DNA of 64,000 nucleotides from Promethearchaeota archaeon (GCA_019058445.1 JAHPZA010000010.1:256001-320000), one strand, 5' to 3'. Shown: positions 49,497-60,656, counted from the first letter of the stretch. Translations and numbers: made by a program. The notes: a model not told the origin generated them from the sequence alone.

Positions 49497-50330
49497 TTAT
49501 GTTTTAAACATTTTAAATACTTTTCTGCGAATATCTCTTTTTATATATTTATAAGAATATCGATGAAGTATAGGAAATAAATAGAATTTAGTAAATGAAA
49601 AGAGAGATTTATAAAAATACTTTTTAAGCTTAATAAAAGATTCTCCATACTCTCGTTGATTTATTTTTATAGGAATCTCACAGGATTTAAAAAAAGGGAT
49701 TATTTTGAATAACATCTCGAGTGTTATTGAATATCTGGACTCAAAATCTAAATATTTTACAATTCGTGAGGATAAGGCTCTATAGCCCATCGTTGGATCC
49801 GATATCTTTTGACCGAGAATAAATGATAATATAAAACTCATTACTCTTGAGCATACTTTTTTAGTCGTACTCATATTATAGTAGTAATGAAATCTATTTC
49901 CAATGACATAATCATAGTCCTCCTCTATAATCGGTTTAATAAAATCATTAATATATTTAGGTTCGTGCTGGCCATCAGCATCGATTATTATAACTATATC
50001 ATAATTTTTTTCCCTACAATATTCTAGTCCAGTTTGAATGGCAGCTCCGTTTCCTTTATTAATTTGATGACGAATGATAATGGTTTCATATTTACCTGCT
50101 ATTTTAACCGTCTTATCAGTAGACCCATCATCTACAACAATAACATCTAATTTATTAGATATATTATTAGGAATTAGAGAAAGTGTTCTACCTATATTCA
50201 TTTGTTCATTATAGGCAGGCATTACTATACCAACTCTTAAATCAGGGTAAAGATAATTATTTTCAGTATTGAATTCCCCCTGCTTTTTATTGTTATAATC
50301 AATATTTTCTGGGGATACAGACATCTTCAT
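49497..50330 (-). CDS. GT2 polyprenol/dolichol-phosphate glycosyltransferase (DPM1-like)
   Basis: VMPAYNE, VVDDGSTD, NKGNGAA, DADGQH, GNRF, DPTMGYRA, R.YGES. Confidence 0.9.
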   Translation of the reverse strand: MKMSVSPENIDYNNKKQGEFNTENNYLYPDLRVGIVMPAYNEQMNIGRTLSLIPNNISNKLDVIVVDDGSTDKTVKIAGKYETIIIRHQINKGNGAAIQTGLEYCREKNYDIVIIIDADGQHEPKYINDFIKPIIEEDYDYVIGNRFHYYYNMSTTKKVCSRVMSFILSFILGQKISDPTMGYRALSSRIVKYLDFESRYSITLEMLFKIIPFFKSCEIPIKINQREYGESFIKLKKYFYKSLFSFTKFYLFPILHRYSYKYIKRDIRRKVFKMFKT

Positions 50331-50463
50331 ACAGAAAAAGGTGATTTCCTGATTTAATATTAAATTTTTAAAATCTTTTTAATAAGATATTTTTATATCA
50401 GTAAATGATGTAATTTTATATAAATTTATTTAAATAATCTTATTTATGAATGGCGCTCTGATT

Positions 50464-51639
50464 CTAAGCTTTGGTTATATATAAATTAACAATTTGCTTC
50501 ACAATTTTCTGCCATGAGTAATTTTTTCTTGCTAAATTAATATTATTATCTCTGATCTTTTTTATTTCATCATCTGATAAAGTTAATGATTTGATTAATT
50601 TTTCAGTTAATTCCTCTATGTTTCTTGGTGTTGCTAAAAATCCATTTTGATTTTCAATAATTGCTTCTGGAATTCCCTCAGTAGCAGAAGCGACGATAAT
50701 TAATCCAATTGATAAAGCTTCAGCAATACTTAAAGGAAATCCCTCATGAATAGATGGTAAGCAGAAAATATCAGCAGAAGAGTAGAATTCGGCCATCTTT
50801 TCCAATGGAATCATGTCTAAAAATGTGATATTGTTTAATATTTTTAGTTCGGCAGCAAGATTTTTTAAAATGTTTTCCAAATTTCCATTTCCAAGGATAA
50901 TAAAATGAACTTTATTATATTCTTTTATAATATTTGGTATTGCTCTAATAAGGTATTCCACTCCTTTTTGAGCATCCAATCTTCCTACAAAAACAACTTT
51001 TTTATAGTCCTTTTTTCCATCAAGAAATTTATCAAAAAATTTGGCATTAGGAATTTTTGTAAATTCTGAAATATCAACACCATTTGAAATAACAGAAATT
51101 TTCTCTTCTTTAACACCTAATCTTATTAATCTTAATTTTAGAGATTCGCTTACACAAATGATTTTTTTTAATGCTCTTTGATATACATGTTTCGTAATTA
51201 TTTTATCAAATATATTTTCAATAAATCCGGAAATTCCAACTTCTAGTCGACCTTGAACACTGACTAACATTGGTCGTTTGAATACAAGTTTATTCATTAT
51301 GGCAGTTAACCATGAAATTGGGAACAATCTTCCCTGGGCATGAATCAATTGTATTTTGTGTTTCTTTATAATTCTTGGTAATTTTAGGAGCATAAAAGGA
51401 TTAAATCTTAGACTAGAAATTTGAGTTATACCCTTTATTTCAGGAGGATTATAAGATTTAAATCTATATACCAAAAAGCCATCTAATTCGTGAGTTTTAC
51501 GTCTCTCGTCTGCCCATTTACTTGTGACAACAACAACATTATGACCAAACTTACTTAGGAATTTCGCAGTATTATAAGCAGCAGTTTGAACTCCTCCTCT
51601 TTTAGGAGGGAAAACTTGAGAAAGTATTAGTATATTCAT
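50464..51639 (-). CDS. GT4 glycosyltransferase
   Basis: FPPKRGG, NGVD, FVGRLDAQKG, PSIHEGFPLSIAEA. Confidence 0.93.
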   Translation of the reverse strand: MNILILSQVFPPKRGGVQTAAYNTAKFLSKFGHNVVVVTSKWADERRKTHELDGFLVYRFKSYNPPEIKGITQISSLRFNPFMLLKLPRIIKKHKIQLIHAQGRLFPISWLTAIMNKLVFKRPMLVSVQGRLEVGISGFIENIFDKIITKHVYQRALKKIICVSESLKLRLIRLGVKEEKISVISNGVDISEFTKIPNAKFFDKFLDGKKDYKKVVFVGRLDAQKGVEYLIRAIPNIIKEYNKVHFIILGNGNLENILKNLAAELKILNNITFLDMIPLEKMAEFYSSADIFCLPSIHEGFPLSIAEALSIGLIIVASATEGIPEAIIENQNGFLATPRNIEELTEKLIKSLTLSDDEIKKIRDNNINLARKNYSWQKIVKQIVNLYITKA

Positions 51640-51771
51640 AGTTAATAATGATATGTAATAAATCTGTCGTCAGACTATTTAATAATTTAATGACCTTTAT
51701 AAAAATAAAAATATTTAATCATTAAATAACATTTTTTCAATTAATCAGATAAATCGAAGCATAAAAAAATA

Positions 51772-53772
51772 ATGGATATTAGCAGCAATTATGTATTTAA
51801 CTTTTTGTTAGTAGGTTTAATATTTTTTTTATTTTTTTTCATAATTACGATATTTGGTTATTTTTTTTTATTTTTCATTAAAAAATTCAACAAAAACAAG
51901 GAAGGTATAGATAATAAATCGATTTTAGAGGAGCTCTTTATATCATTTGGGATTGGAGTATCTGTATATATTAGCTTAGGATACTTTTTAGATTTGTTCT
52001 CTCTCTTCAATTTTTATACAGCTTATCTGTCAATTATAGTATTTAATTTTTTATTCTTAATTTATTATTATTTTAAGAATAAAGAAATACTGAAAAAGAA
52101 ATGGAATAGTAATGTTCTTTATAACTTCTTAAAAGCTTATTTTTCAAGAAGAGACAATATTTTCCTTTTAGGAGTCATTATTTTAACAATTACAATCATT
52201 TCTATTATACAATGGTTTGTTATTATAGAATCAACCTCTTTAAATTATTCAGATCCATTTAAATGGTATTCTGACACATTTTATTTAATAGATAATGGAC
52301 ATATTAATTATAAGCATTTGGATTATAATTATCCCTCAGGATACACATATTTTAATGCAGGGGTCCTCTTAATTTATCCCGATTACCTTTTTGGATATTA
52401 TTATTTTAAATTTATTCCATTATACTTTATTTCACTTTATTTAATTATAGCATTCTCGATAATTAGAAAATTATTTAATGAGAGATATATAATTCTATTA
52501 GCAGGTTTATTAATTTTAACATCGAGATATTTTTTATCACGTACATTACTCTATTTATCTTCAGCATTAGCTTCTGGAATCCTCATTATTTCGCTAATAA
52601 TAATCATTAAGAAATATCCAGATTATATTATGGGTTTTTTTATAGCTGGTATGTATTTTATTCATAATTTAACTACTTTTTATTATCTTTTTGTACTGAT
52701 TGGTTTCTATTTGTACAGGCTTTTTTATATCCGAGAAAATCGCAAAGAGTTAATGAAACAAGTACGATTTTTAACGCTATCAATTTTAATAATAACTATA
52801 CTACTAATCCCTTATATTGTAGGGATTTATACTATTTATGGAGATAGCCTCCTTGATTTTATCGGACATTTTTTCTATAGATTTGAAGAGACTGACTACG
52901 GTTATATTCTATTCGATCCAAATGTGTCTGATCAAGGATTAGCCAAATTAATTTATCCATTAGATTTTTTTACACCTCTCATTGAAATTGAATTGTTAAA
53001 GTTATTTGATGAATTATTTGAAAGATCGATATATCTTTTCTTTATTTTACCGCTTATAGGTTTATTAATAAATATTAAACAGCCAGTAAATAACAATGAA
53101 GATCAGGAAAAATTGATATTTTTTAAGCTATTTATTATTATAATCTTAATTTTTTTCTTTTTACCTTACATTTTTCTCAATTTAAATTTATTCATCAAAT
53201 TTAGGAAAAGGATACTCCAGAGTTTCAGTTTACCAATCATCATAATGTCCTTATATTCTATTAAATGGATCGTGAAGCTTGCTAATAAGTTAACTCAATT
53301 TTTAGTATTAAAGTTCAATCTTTACAGAAAAATAGTAAATTCGAATGCTTTTTACAGTAGAATATTCAAAATAGAGTCTTTGTTTATTTTCATGTTGATG
53401 ATATCAACAAGTTCATCATTTGTGATGCATAGATATCCAGATTATTATTATTATTATGATGATGAGTTGGTGGAAGTTGTACTTTATTTGCGAACTCATG
53501 CGGAATCCGGATCTAAAATTCTTCGAGAGGATTTTGATTCTGCTGTAATTTTTAGGATGCTCTATGATATGGAAATTAAGAAATATGATGTAAATGAAAC
53601 GTCCTCATATGAAGATCTTATTAACGAGGTGCATGAAAGACATATAGATTATCTAATTTTCTCTAAAGATTTTTTTGATAACGCAACAATAGAAGATAGG
53701 CTCTGTGGTAATTCAAGATTTAAGGTACTATTAGAAAATGATGAATTTATTTTATTTAAATATAAAAATTGA
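51772..53772 (+). CDS. Multi-TM putative GT-C fold glycosyltransferase
   Basis: SDPFKW...NYPSGY loop, many TM helices, C-terminal IDYLIF domain; paralogue of 25799..27802. Confidence 0.6.
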   Translation: MDISSNYVFNFLLVGLIFFLFFFIITIFGYFFLFFIKKFNKNKEGIDNKSILEELFISFGIGVSVYISLGYFLDLFSLFNFYTAYLSIIVFNFLFLIYYYFKNKEILKKKWNSNVLYNFLKAYFSRRDNIFLLGVIILTITIISIIQWFVIIESTSLNYSDPFKWYSDTFYLIDNGHINYKHLDYNYPSGYTYFNAGVLLIYPDYLFGYYYFKFIPLYFISLYLIIAFSIIRKLFNERYIILLAGLLILTSRYFLSRTLLYLSSALASGILIISLIIIIKKYPDYIMGFFIAGMYFIHNLTTFYYLFVLIGFYLYRLFYIRENRKELMKQVRFLTLSILIITILLIPYIVGIYTIYGDSLLDFIGHFFYRFEETDYGYILFDPNVSDQGLAKLIYPLDFFTPLIEIELLKLFDELFERSIYLFFILPLIGLLINIKQPVNNNEDQEKLIFFKLFIIIILIFFFLPYIFLNLNLFIKFRKRILQSFSLPIIIMSLYSIKWIVKLANKLTQFLVLKFNLYRKIVNSNAFYSRIFKIESLFIFMLMISTSSSFVMHRYPDYYYYYDDELVEVVLYLRTHAESGSKILREDFDSAVIFRMLYDMEIKKYDVNETSSYEDLINEVHERHIDYLIFSKDFFDNATIEDRLCGNSRFKVLLENDEFILFKYKN

Positions 53773-53784
53773 TTGTGCTAACAT

Positions 53785-54975
53785 TTGAATATAATTAGAC
53801 TTACAACTAGAATCTTCCCTGATAAAGCAGGTCCAGCTGTTTATGCTTATTCGCTATCTGAACATACTTCAAACAAAGATTTCACTTTTTTTAATATTAC
53901 TTGTCAACCTCAAGAAGTCAAGGAAAAATATAAATACGTTAATCCAAATTTTAAAATATATTATTTACCGATGTATACTCCTAGATGGGATGCAAAGCTT
54001 TATGAACACCTCCTATTTTTAATTAAATTTGGAATATATTCTATTAAGAAAATAGTACGCTTACATAGGGAAAATCGAATTGATCTAATTCATTGTGACA
54101 ATCCTGCAATAACGGGGTTAATTGCGGTATTAATAAACAGAATATTTAAAATCCCATTTATTTATACTCACCATGGACTTGATTCACATTTTAAACTAAA
54201 TTTTTTAATTGAATTAAAATTGATTTATCGTTTTTCAAAATATCATATTATTGTTAGTAGACGTATGAAATATTTTTTTGAAAAAAATAAACTAGATACT
54301 CAAAAATTAAAATGGATCCCAGTTGGAATTGATCTAAATAAATTTTTTCATGTAAGTACTGAGAGTGAGAAAAAAGGTTTAATTAAAGAACTAGAATTGG
54401 AGAAAATTCTTAATATGGATGACCTAATTATACTTTATGTAGGATATATGGATCTAAAGCAGAAAGTATTCGGTATGATTGATTTTTTAAATGGATTTAA
54501 TAATTTTATAAATATTTTACCTGAGAATGAGAAAAAAAAAATAAAGTTATTATATTTGGGGGAAGGAAAATATAAACATTTATTGGAAAATGAAATAAAC
54601 AAGTTAAAACTAAAAAAAAATGCCTATTTATTAGGGACTACTTCCGAAATAGAGAAATTTTATGCTATTTCGGATTTTAGTGCTTTAACGTCATATATGG
54701 AGGGCTTTCCTATTACAGTTTTAGAAGCAATTGCCTCTAATGTTCCATGTATCTGTACTGATGTGGGAGAAATTCAAGAAATAGTTGATGAAAAAGCAAT
54801 TGTTCCTTGTGGAAAAAGAGAAGAAATTACCGCGAAGCTTAAAGATTTCTATGAAAGTAAAGAAGTATGTAATGAAATAAGCGAAAGATCATTTAAAAAA
54901 ATTGAAAGATTTGAATGGAAAAATATAGCTAAACAAATTAAATTAATCTATAAGAAAGCGCTTTTAAATAATTAG
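53785..54975 (+). CDS. GT4 glycosyltransferase
   Basis: IPVGID, YVGYM..K, TSYMEGFPITVLEAIASNVP. Confidence 0.92.
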   Translation: MNIIRLTTRIFPDKAGPAVYAYSLSEHTSNKDFTFFNITCQPQEVKEKYKYVNPNFKIYYLPMYTPRWDAKLYEHLLFLIKFGIYSIKKIVRLHRENRIDLIHCDNPAITGLIAVLINRIFKIPFIYTHHGLDSHFKLNFLIELKLIYRFSKYHIIVSRRMKYFFEKNKLDTQKLKWIPVGIDLNKFFHVSTESEKKGLIKELELEKILNMDDLIILYVGYMDLKQKVFGMIDFLNGFNNFINILPENEKKKIKLLYLGEGKYKHLLENEINKLKLKKNAYLLGTTSEIEKFYAISDFSALTSYMEGFPITVLEAIASNVPCICTDVGEIQEIVDEKAIVPCGKREEITAKLKDFYESKEVCNEISERSFKKIERFEWKNIAKQIKLIYKKALLNN

Positions 54976-54981
54976 ATTAAC

Positions 54982-55956
54982 ATGATAAAAAATAAAAAAA
55001 TTTTAATAACTGGTGGAGCTGGATTTATTGGCTCTCATCTTTTTGAAAATCTAATCCAAGAAGGTAATAATACAATAATTATTGATAATTTTAATGATTA
55101 CTACCCCGGAAAGGAGGAGCAAATAGAGGAAATTATAAAGAAATGCTCAAAATCAACAGAATATAGTATAATTAAAGGTGATCTTACACAAGAATCCATT
55201 TTTAATAAAATAGACCGTGATATTGATATTATATTCCATCTTGCTGCCCAAGCAGGTGTAAGATATTCAATTGAGCATGCTTCTGAGGTTACTAAAAATA
55301 ATATAGTAAGTACAGTTAACATTTATGAATTTGCCTTAAAAAATGAGATAAAAAAAGTAGTCTATGCTTCCTCATCTTCTGTATATGGGAATCCAATTTA
55401 TACTCCTCTTGATGAAGAACACCCAAAAAATCCAATATCTCCTTATGCGGTCTCAAAATTATGTGGAGAATTCTATGCTGATCTATATTTCAAGGAATAT
55501 AATTTACCAGTCACCTCACTTAGGTTTTACACCGTCTATGGACCTAGGGGAAGACCTGATATGGCCATAAGAAAATTCTTTGAGCTTATTTTGGGAGATA
55601 AAGAAATTTCTATTTATGGCGACGGAGAACAACTCAGAGATTTTACCTATGTTTCAGATATAATCGATGGACTTATCTTAGCAGGGGAGAAAAAGGAAGC
55701 AATTGGTCAAGTTTTTAATCTTGGTTGCTCAAATCCTATAAAAGTTAATGAATTGGTTGAAAAAATGTATAAGATTGTAGGGAAAAATAAAAATGTAAGG
55801 TATATAGAAAAACAGAAAGGTGATGTTGATATAACCTATTCAAATACTAAAAAAGCCAATAAAATCTTAAATTATTATCCAAAAATAGAAATTGATGAAG
55901 GATTACAAAAAACATTCAACTGGCAGAGAATATATTACAAAAAGAATATAGTGTAA
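54982..55956 (+). CDS. NAD-dependent nucleotide-sugar epimerase (UDP-glucuronate/UDP-glucose 4-epimerase-like)
   Basis: TGGAGFIG, HLAAQAGVR, ASSSSVYG, YAVSK, RFYTVYGPRGRPDMA. Confidence 0.92.
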   Translation: MIKNKKILITGGAGFIGSHLFENLIQEGNNTIIIDNFNDYYPGKEEQIEEIIKKCSKSTEYSIIKGDLTQESIFNKIDRDIDIIFHLAAQAGVRYSIEHASEVTKNNIVSTVNIYEFALKNEIKKVVYASSSSVYGNPIYTPLDEEHPKNPISPYAVSKLCGEFYADLYFKEYNLPVTSLRFYTVYGPRGRPDMAIRKFFELILGDKEISIYGDGEQLRDFTYVSDIIDGLILAGEKKEAIGQVFNLGCSNPIKVNELVEKMYKIVGKNKNVRYIEKQKGDVDITYSNTKKANKILNYYPKIEIDEGLQKTFNWQRIYYKKNIV

Positions 55957-56012
55957 GGATTTTTTTAATTCAATAATCTCTTTCCTATAATAAATTATTG
56001 AGACTTAACTTC

Positions 56013-56798
56013 TTAAAATAACTCCAAATTAAATGGATGAAATTTAGATGATTTATAAAATGTATTTGTTAGCTTTTGGTATTCTATATCTGTATCTATA
56101 TCTAACCAAATTGTATTAGGAAAATCTAAATAAGCAACTTTTAAATTTAAACTAATTGCAGAAAGCACAATATCAGATACTCCGAAGTTTTGCTTTTCCT
56201 TTTCAATTTTTTTCGTAACTTTTCTAATTGTTTGAGATTTCATCATAAATACTCCCATATCAAGTCTGTTATAATTTGGTATTTTTTTTCCAATCATTTT
56301 AATATCCAAATTATTCCCATATACTTTAGTACAATCATCCAAGTCATAAATACCGTTTATTTTCATAGGATCAGTTGCTAGTATTATATCTTCGTCAGAG
56401 TAATTTTTCATCAAATGAAGATAAATATTTTCAGAAAAAACATGGTCTGCCATAGATAATATAAAATAATTTGATTCAACTTCATTTATTCCTAAAAAAA
56501 GGCTAAACCCATTTTCTCTTTCAGGATTAGAATTCTTTATAAAATTTAGGTCTGGGGGATCGATTGCCAATTTTTCAATAAATTTATTGAAAGAAGTCAT
56601 AAGATGAAAGAAATCTGCTTTTTCATCAACAATAATATTAATTTTATTAATATTTGCTTTTTGCATTGCAATAATAATATAATTCAAAATATTACTTCGC
56701 TCCAATGGAAGCATATACTTCTTAAATGCGCTATTATCAAAATTAAATCTACTACAATAACCAGCGGCAAGTATTATGCTCTCTAAAATAATCACCAA
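56013..56798 (-). CDS. Sugar/polyol-phosphate cytidylyltransferase (IPCT/LicC-like)
   Basis: IILAAG..SRF, ERENGFSL, LSMADH, DLDDCTKV, IGK......DMG.F, WLDIDT. Confidence 0.8.
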   Translation of the reverse strand: MVIILESIILAAGYCSRFNFDNSAFKKYMLPLERSNILNYIIIAMQKANINKINIIVDEKADFFHLMTSFNKFIEKLAIDPPDLNFIKNSNPERENGFSLFLGINEVESNYFILSMADHVFSENIYLHLMKNYSDEDIILATDPMKINGIYDLDDCTKVYGNNLDIKMIGKKIPNYNRLDMGVFMMKSQTIRKVTKKIEKEKQNFGVSDIVLSAISLNLKVAYLDFPNTIWLDIDTDIEYQKLTNTFYKSSKFHPFNLELF

Positions 56799-56968
56799 TC
56801 AAAATTTTATTTATATAAAAAATTATCGATATTTCTTTAAGTTTTCGAGCATACAGATCTTCTTAAACGTACTAAAATAGAGGATTTAAATTGCTTCTAA
56901 TTTTATCTTACATACTAATAATGTTTAAATAAGTAATAATCTGTGGAATTTGTGGGTAATTACGGTTA

Positions 56969-57859
56969 ATGAAAAATAAAAAAGTGATTGTAATTAACGG
57001 TTTTCAGAGGGGTGGTACTAATATTGTCTATAATATTTTACAATCACATCCTCAGGTTTGTTCAGCTAATGATCTCGAAATAGGTCAAATCCTTACACAA
57101 AATTATAGAATTCCCTCCCAAAAAAAAATTGGATATCTTATAAAACGTCTAAAATTAGCTTTTTATGATTTATTAAACAAAAAATTTATCTTGAATTCAT
57201 TTATAGTTAATATTTTAGGGATATTAGTTGATTATCTATTCTATATATATAAATTAAAAAACTTTCATAATCAATATAATCGCTATAAATATGAAAATAT
57301 CCCTTATTCTTTGAATGAGATAAAAGAAAGTGTATTATGTTTAAAATCAGTAAATAATGATATAAGTTTAACTCGATTTCTATCTAAAATTTATGAAAAT
57401 ATTTATTTTATTGGTTTGATTAGAAATGGATATGCTCTTTGTGAAAGTTGGATTAGAAGGGGTAAGACTGCTAGAATAAGTGGCCAAAGATATAAAAGAT
57501 TCTGTGAAATGATTATTAAAGACAGTAAAAAGATTAAGAATTATAAAATTATTAAATTTGAAGATGTTTTGAATAATCCCTTTGCTGAAGCAAAAAAATT
57601 ATTTAAATTTACTCAATTAGAACCTGCCAACCTTGAAAAATTGCGATTTAAGTCTAAAAAGGTCTTGACTAATCAAGGGATACATGAAGTAAAATACGGA
57701 AAATTGGATTCTAAATATTGGTTTAATCAAGAAAGTATTTTGAATTTATTTGATCCTAGTATAAATAATATTCAAATAGATTTACTATCAGAATTAGATA
57801 AAAAGATTTTTGAAAAGGAAGCTAATCCAATTTTGGAATATTTTGATTACTTAGGTTAG
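56969..57859 (+). CDS. PAPS-dependent sulfotransferase
   Basis: GFQRGGTN (5'-PSB loop)...LQSHPQV, LIRNG....ES (3'-PB), IKFED...NP. Confidence 0.82.
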   Translation: MKNKKVIVINGFQRGGTNIVYNILQSHPQVCSANDLEIGQILTQNYRIPSQKKIGYLIKRLKLAFYDLLNKKFILNSFIVNILGILVDYLFYIYKLKNFHNQYNRYKYENIPYSLNEIKESVLCLKSVNNDISLTRFLSKIYENIYFIGLIRNGYALCESWIRRGKTARISGQRYKRFCEMIIKDSKKIKNYKIIKFEDVLNNPFAEAKKLFKFTQLEPANLEKLRFKSKKVLTNQGIHEVKYGKLDSKYWFNQESILNLFDPSINNIQIDLLSELDKKIFEKEANPILEYFDYLG

Positions 57860-57915
57860 AAAATTAATAAAATTATTGAATAAATCTCTATATCATCAAA
57901 AAAAAAGAATAAAAT

Positions 57916-59184
57916 ATGAATATCGCATTGATCTCTGGTAATTTTTTAAGCAAAAAAGGAGGAATTTCAACAACTTTAAAAAACTTTTACGAAAAGTTAA
58001 CAGATTTAGGAGAAACTATTCATCTTATTGATAATTCCTCGAGTGATATCCAAGGTTTAAATATTATTCATTCTAGGGAGAAATTTAAAAATTTTTTTTT
58101 TCAGAATTTGGGTTTTTACCTTTTTCTATTTTATTTATTTTTTAGAATTCTAATTATACAAAATATAAAATTTAGAGAAAAGCTGAAAGTTTCATTTTAT
58201 TATTGCTTTTATCCCAAAGATCTTGTCAACCGCATAAAATCCATAAAAAAACTTATTGTATACTTTCAAAAAGTTAAAGTAGATATTGTTTTTTGTATAA
58301 GTTCATCGTTTCCATTATTTTATGGGTTTATATTATCAAAATTTTTTAATAAACCCTTAGTTACATTAGCTCATGGTGAAGATTTTATTAAAAGATATCC
58401 TTATAGCCTAAATACTATAATATTCAGACATATTGAGAAAATAATTGTAAGTAATATCATTATGAAAAGATTATTTTTAAAAATTCATAATGTAAGAGAA
58501 GATAAAATTAAAATTATTTTTCGAGGAATTAATCTTGAAAAAATCAGTATAGACAGTTCTAAAATAGAATTAAGAGAAAAACTGAATATTTCCAAAAATG
58601 ATTTCATAATTATGACAGTTAGCCGAATTCATCCTCGAAAAGGGATTGAAAATGTAATTAATGTTATTAAGCAAATAAAAGAAGAGAATACTAATTTACC
58701 TATAAAATATTATATAATTGGAACAGGGAAAGAATTAATACGATTAAAAAAGAAAATTTCTGAATCAAGACTTACGGATACTATAAAATTTCTAGGAGAA
58801 ATTAATGATATTACGAGGAATCAATATTATAAGTTATCTGATCTATTTATTTTAGTTCCAGAAATTCAAAAAAATACTATTGAAGGATTTGGTATAGTAT
58901 ATCTTGAAGCAAATTATTTTAAATTACCTGTAATCGGTACTCGATCTGGCGGTGTTAAAATTGCAATTGAAGATGGAAAAACGGGTTTTCTTATTGACCC
59001 TAAAGACGAGAAAGGATTAAAAGAAAAAATCCTAATGCTTTATTATAATAAAGATCTTCGAGAAAAATTAGGAGAGAATGGATATAAAAGAGTTTTAAAG
59101 TTTTTCGACTGGAAAAATAAAGCAATTGAGTATAGAGATGTTTTAAAAAATACAATAAAAGATAAAAGTACCAGTATTTCATAA
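57916..59184 (+). CDS. GT4 glycosyltransferase
   Basis: HGED, TVSRIHPRKG, EGFGIVYLEA...PVIG..SGG. Confidence 0.93.
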   Translation: MNIALISGNFLSKKGGISTTLKNFYEKLTDLGETIHLIDNSSSDIQGLNIIHSREKFKNFFFQNLGFYLFLFYLFFRILIIQNIKFREKLKVSFYYCFYPKDLVNRIKSIKKLIVYFQKVKVDIVFCISSSFPLFYGFILSKFFNKPLVTLAHGEDFIKRYPYSLNTIIFRHIEKIIVSNIIMKRLFLKIHNVREDKIKIIFRGINLEKISIDSSKIELREKLNISKNDFIIMTVSRIHPRKGIENVINVIKQIKEENTNLPIKYYIIGTGKELIRLKKKISESRLTDTIKFLGEINDITRNQYYKLSDLFILVPEIQKNTIEGFGIVYLEANYFKLPVIGTRSGGVKIAIEDGKTGFLIDPKDEKGLKEKILMLYYNKDLREKLGENGYKRVLKFFDWKNKAIEYRDVLKNTIKDKSTSIS

Positions 59185-59198
59185 AATTATATTTAAAA

Positions 59199-60482
59199 AT
59201 GAATATCGCTCTAATTACTAATGACTTTTTGCCCATAAAAGGGGGAATTACAAATGTAATGTTAAATGTTAGTAAGAATTTGACAGAGCTCGGTGATAAA
59301 GTATATGTTTTTAATAAGACATGTAATAATGAAGAAAAATTATATTTCAGGATTTTAAGTAATGATAACTCTTTGAAAGGTTTTGTAAGTCATAATATCA
59401 AATTTATATCCTTTTTATTCGAATTAGTATTTAGATTTTTTTTTTCATTTAAAGGAATTAATTTTAAAGATAAGTTAAAATTAGCTTTTATTTATTGCTT
59501 TTATTTAAAATTCATTGTTAGACGTGTTATATCAATTAAAAATTTAGTTGAATATTTTAAAAAATTTAAAATTGATATAATTCTTAGTGGAACTTCAAGT
59601 ATACCTTTATTATATAGTTATATCCTGTCAATATGGTTTAAAATTCCAATTATTTCCATCGCTCATGGTGATGACTTCCTTGTTAGATATCCATTTAAAA
59701 TAAAGGAATATATTTTTGAGCATATTCAGAAAATCATTGTTACTAACAAATTTATGAAAAGATTATTTTTAAAAATCTATGATAGCATTCCATCAGAGAA
59801 GATTAAAATAATCAATTTAGGTGTGGATATTCAAAATTGCGAAGTTAAAGAAACCCTTATTGATTTAAGGAATAAATTTGGATTTGATAAAAAAGACTTT
59901 ATTATATTAACTGTGAGTAGATTATATCCTAGGAAAGGTTTTGAAACGATTTTAAAAGCTTTAAGACTTATAATGGATGAACATCCCAATCTATCTATAA
60001 AATATCTAATTATCGGTGCTGGGGAAGAACAAAAAACAATCGAAAAACAAGTTTCTTCCTTGAAATTAGAAAATATGGTAAATTTATTAGGCGAAATTGA
60101 TGAATTAAAGAAAAATCAATATTATAAATTATCTAATCTTTTTATAATGGTCCCAGAGATAAAAAAAAATTCGATTGAAGGATTTGGAATTGTATATATT
60201 GAAGCCAATTATTTTCATTTACCAGTAATCGGAACGAGAACAGGAGGTGTGAAATTGGCTATTGAAGATGGAAGAACAGGTTTTCTTATTGAACCAAAAG
60301 ATGAGATTAGCTTAAAGCATAAAATCATGTTATTATATTACGATAAACCACTTCGAATCAAATTGGGAGATTATGGACATAATCGAGTTATTGAACATTT
60401 TAACTGGCAGAAATTAGGTTTAAAATATAGATCTACTCTATTAAATGTTTTAAAAGAGTATCATAAGAAAGATTTTCAATAA
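59199..60482 (+). CDS. GT4 glycosyltransferase, tandem paralogue of 57916..59184
   Basis: HGDD, TVSRLYPRKG, EGFGIVYIEA...PVIG. Confidence 0.93.
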   Translation: MNIALITNDFLPIKGGITNVMLNVSKNLTELGDKVYVFNKTCNNEEKLYFRILSNDNSLKGFVSHNIKFISFLFELVFRFFFSFKGINFKDKLKLAFIYCFYLKFIVRRVISIKNLVEYFKKFKIDIILSGTSSIPLLYSYILSIWFKIPIISIAHGDDFLVRYPFKIKEYIFEHIQKIIVTNKFMKRLFLKIYDSIPSEKIKIINLGVDIQNCEVKETLIDLRNKFGFDKKDFIILTVSRLYPRKGFETILKALRLIMDEHPNLSIKYLIIGAGEEQKTIEKQVSSLKLENMVNLLGEIDELKKNQYYKLSNLFIMVPEIKKNSIEGFGIVYIEANYFHLPVIGTRTGGVKLAIEDGRTGFLIEPKDEISLKHKIMLLYYDKPLRIKLGDYGHNRVIEHFNWQKLGLKYRSTLLNVLKEYHKKDFQ

Positions 60483-60656
60483 ATGATTAGATTCATTAAG
60501 ATTAATAAAAGATATTACAAAAGAGATTTGAAGTATAATTGTTGATAGGTTAGTTTGAAAAATTATCTTTAAAAAATTACAATTAAATATGCTTTACTCA
60601 ACACAATAAAAAAATCAGTGAGTCTCATAAAAATAGTAAATTTATATTTTTTATTC

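Noticed and set aside
56013-56798. Complete di-myo-inositol-phosphate pathway
   Set aside because: No DIPP synthase domain or gene in the window
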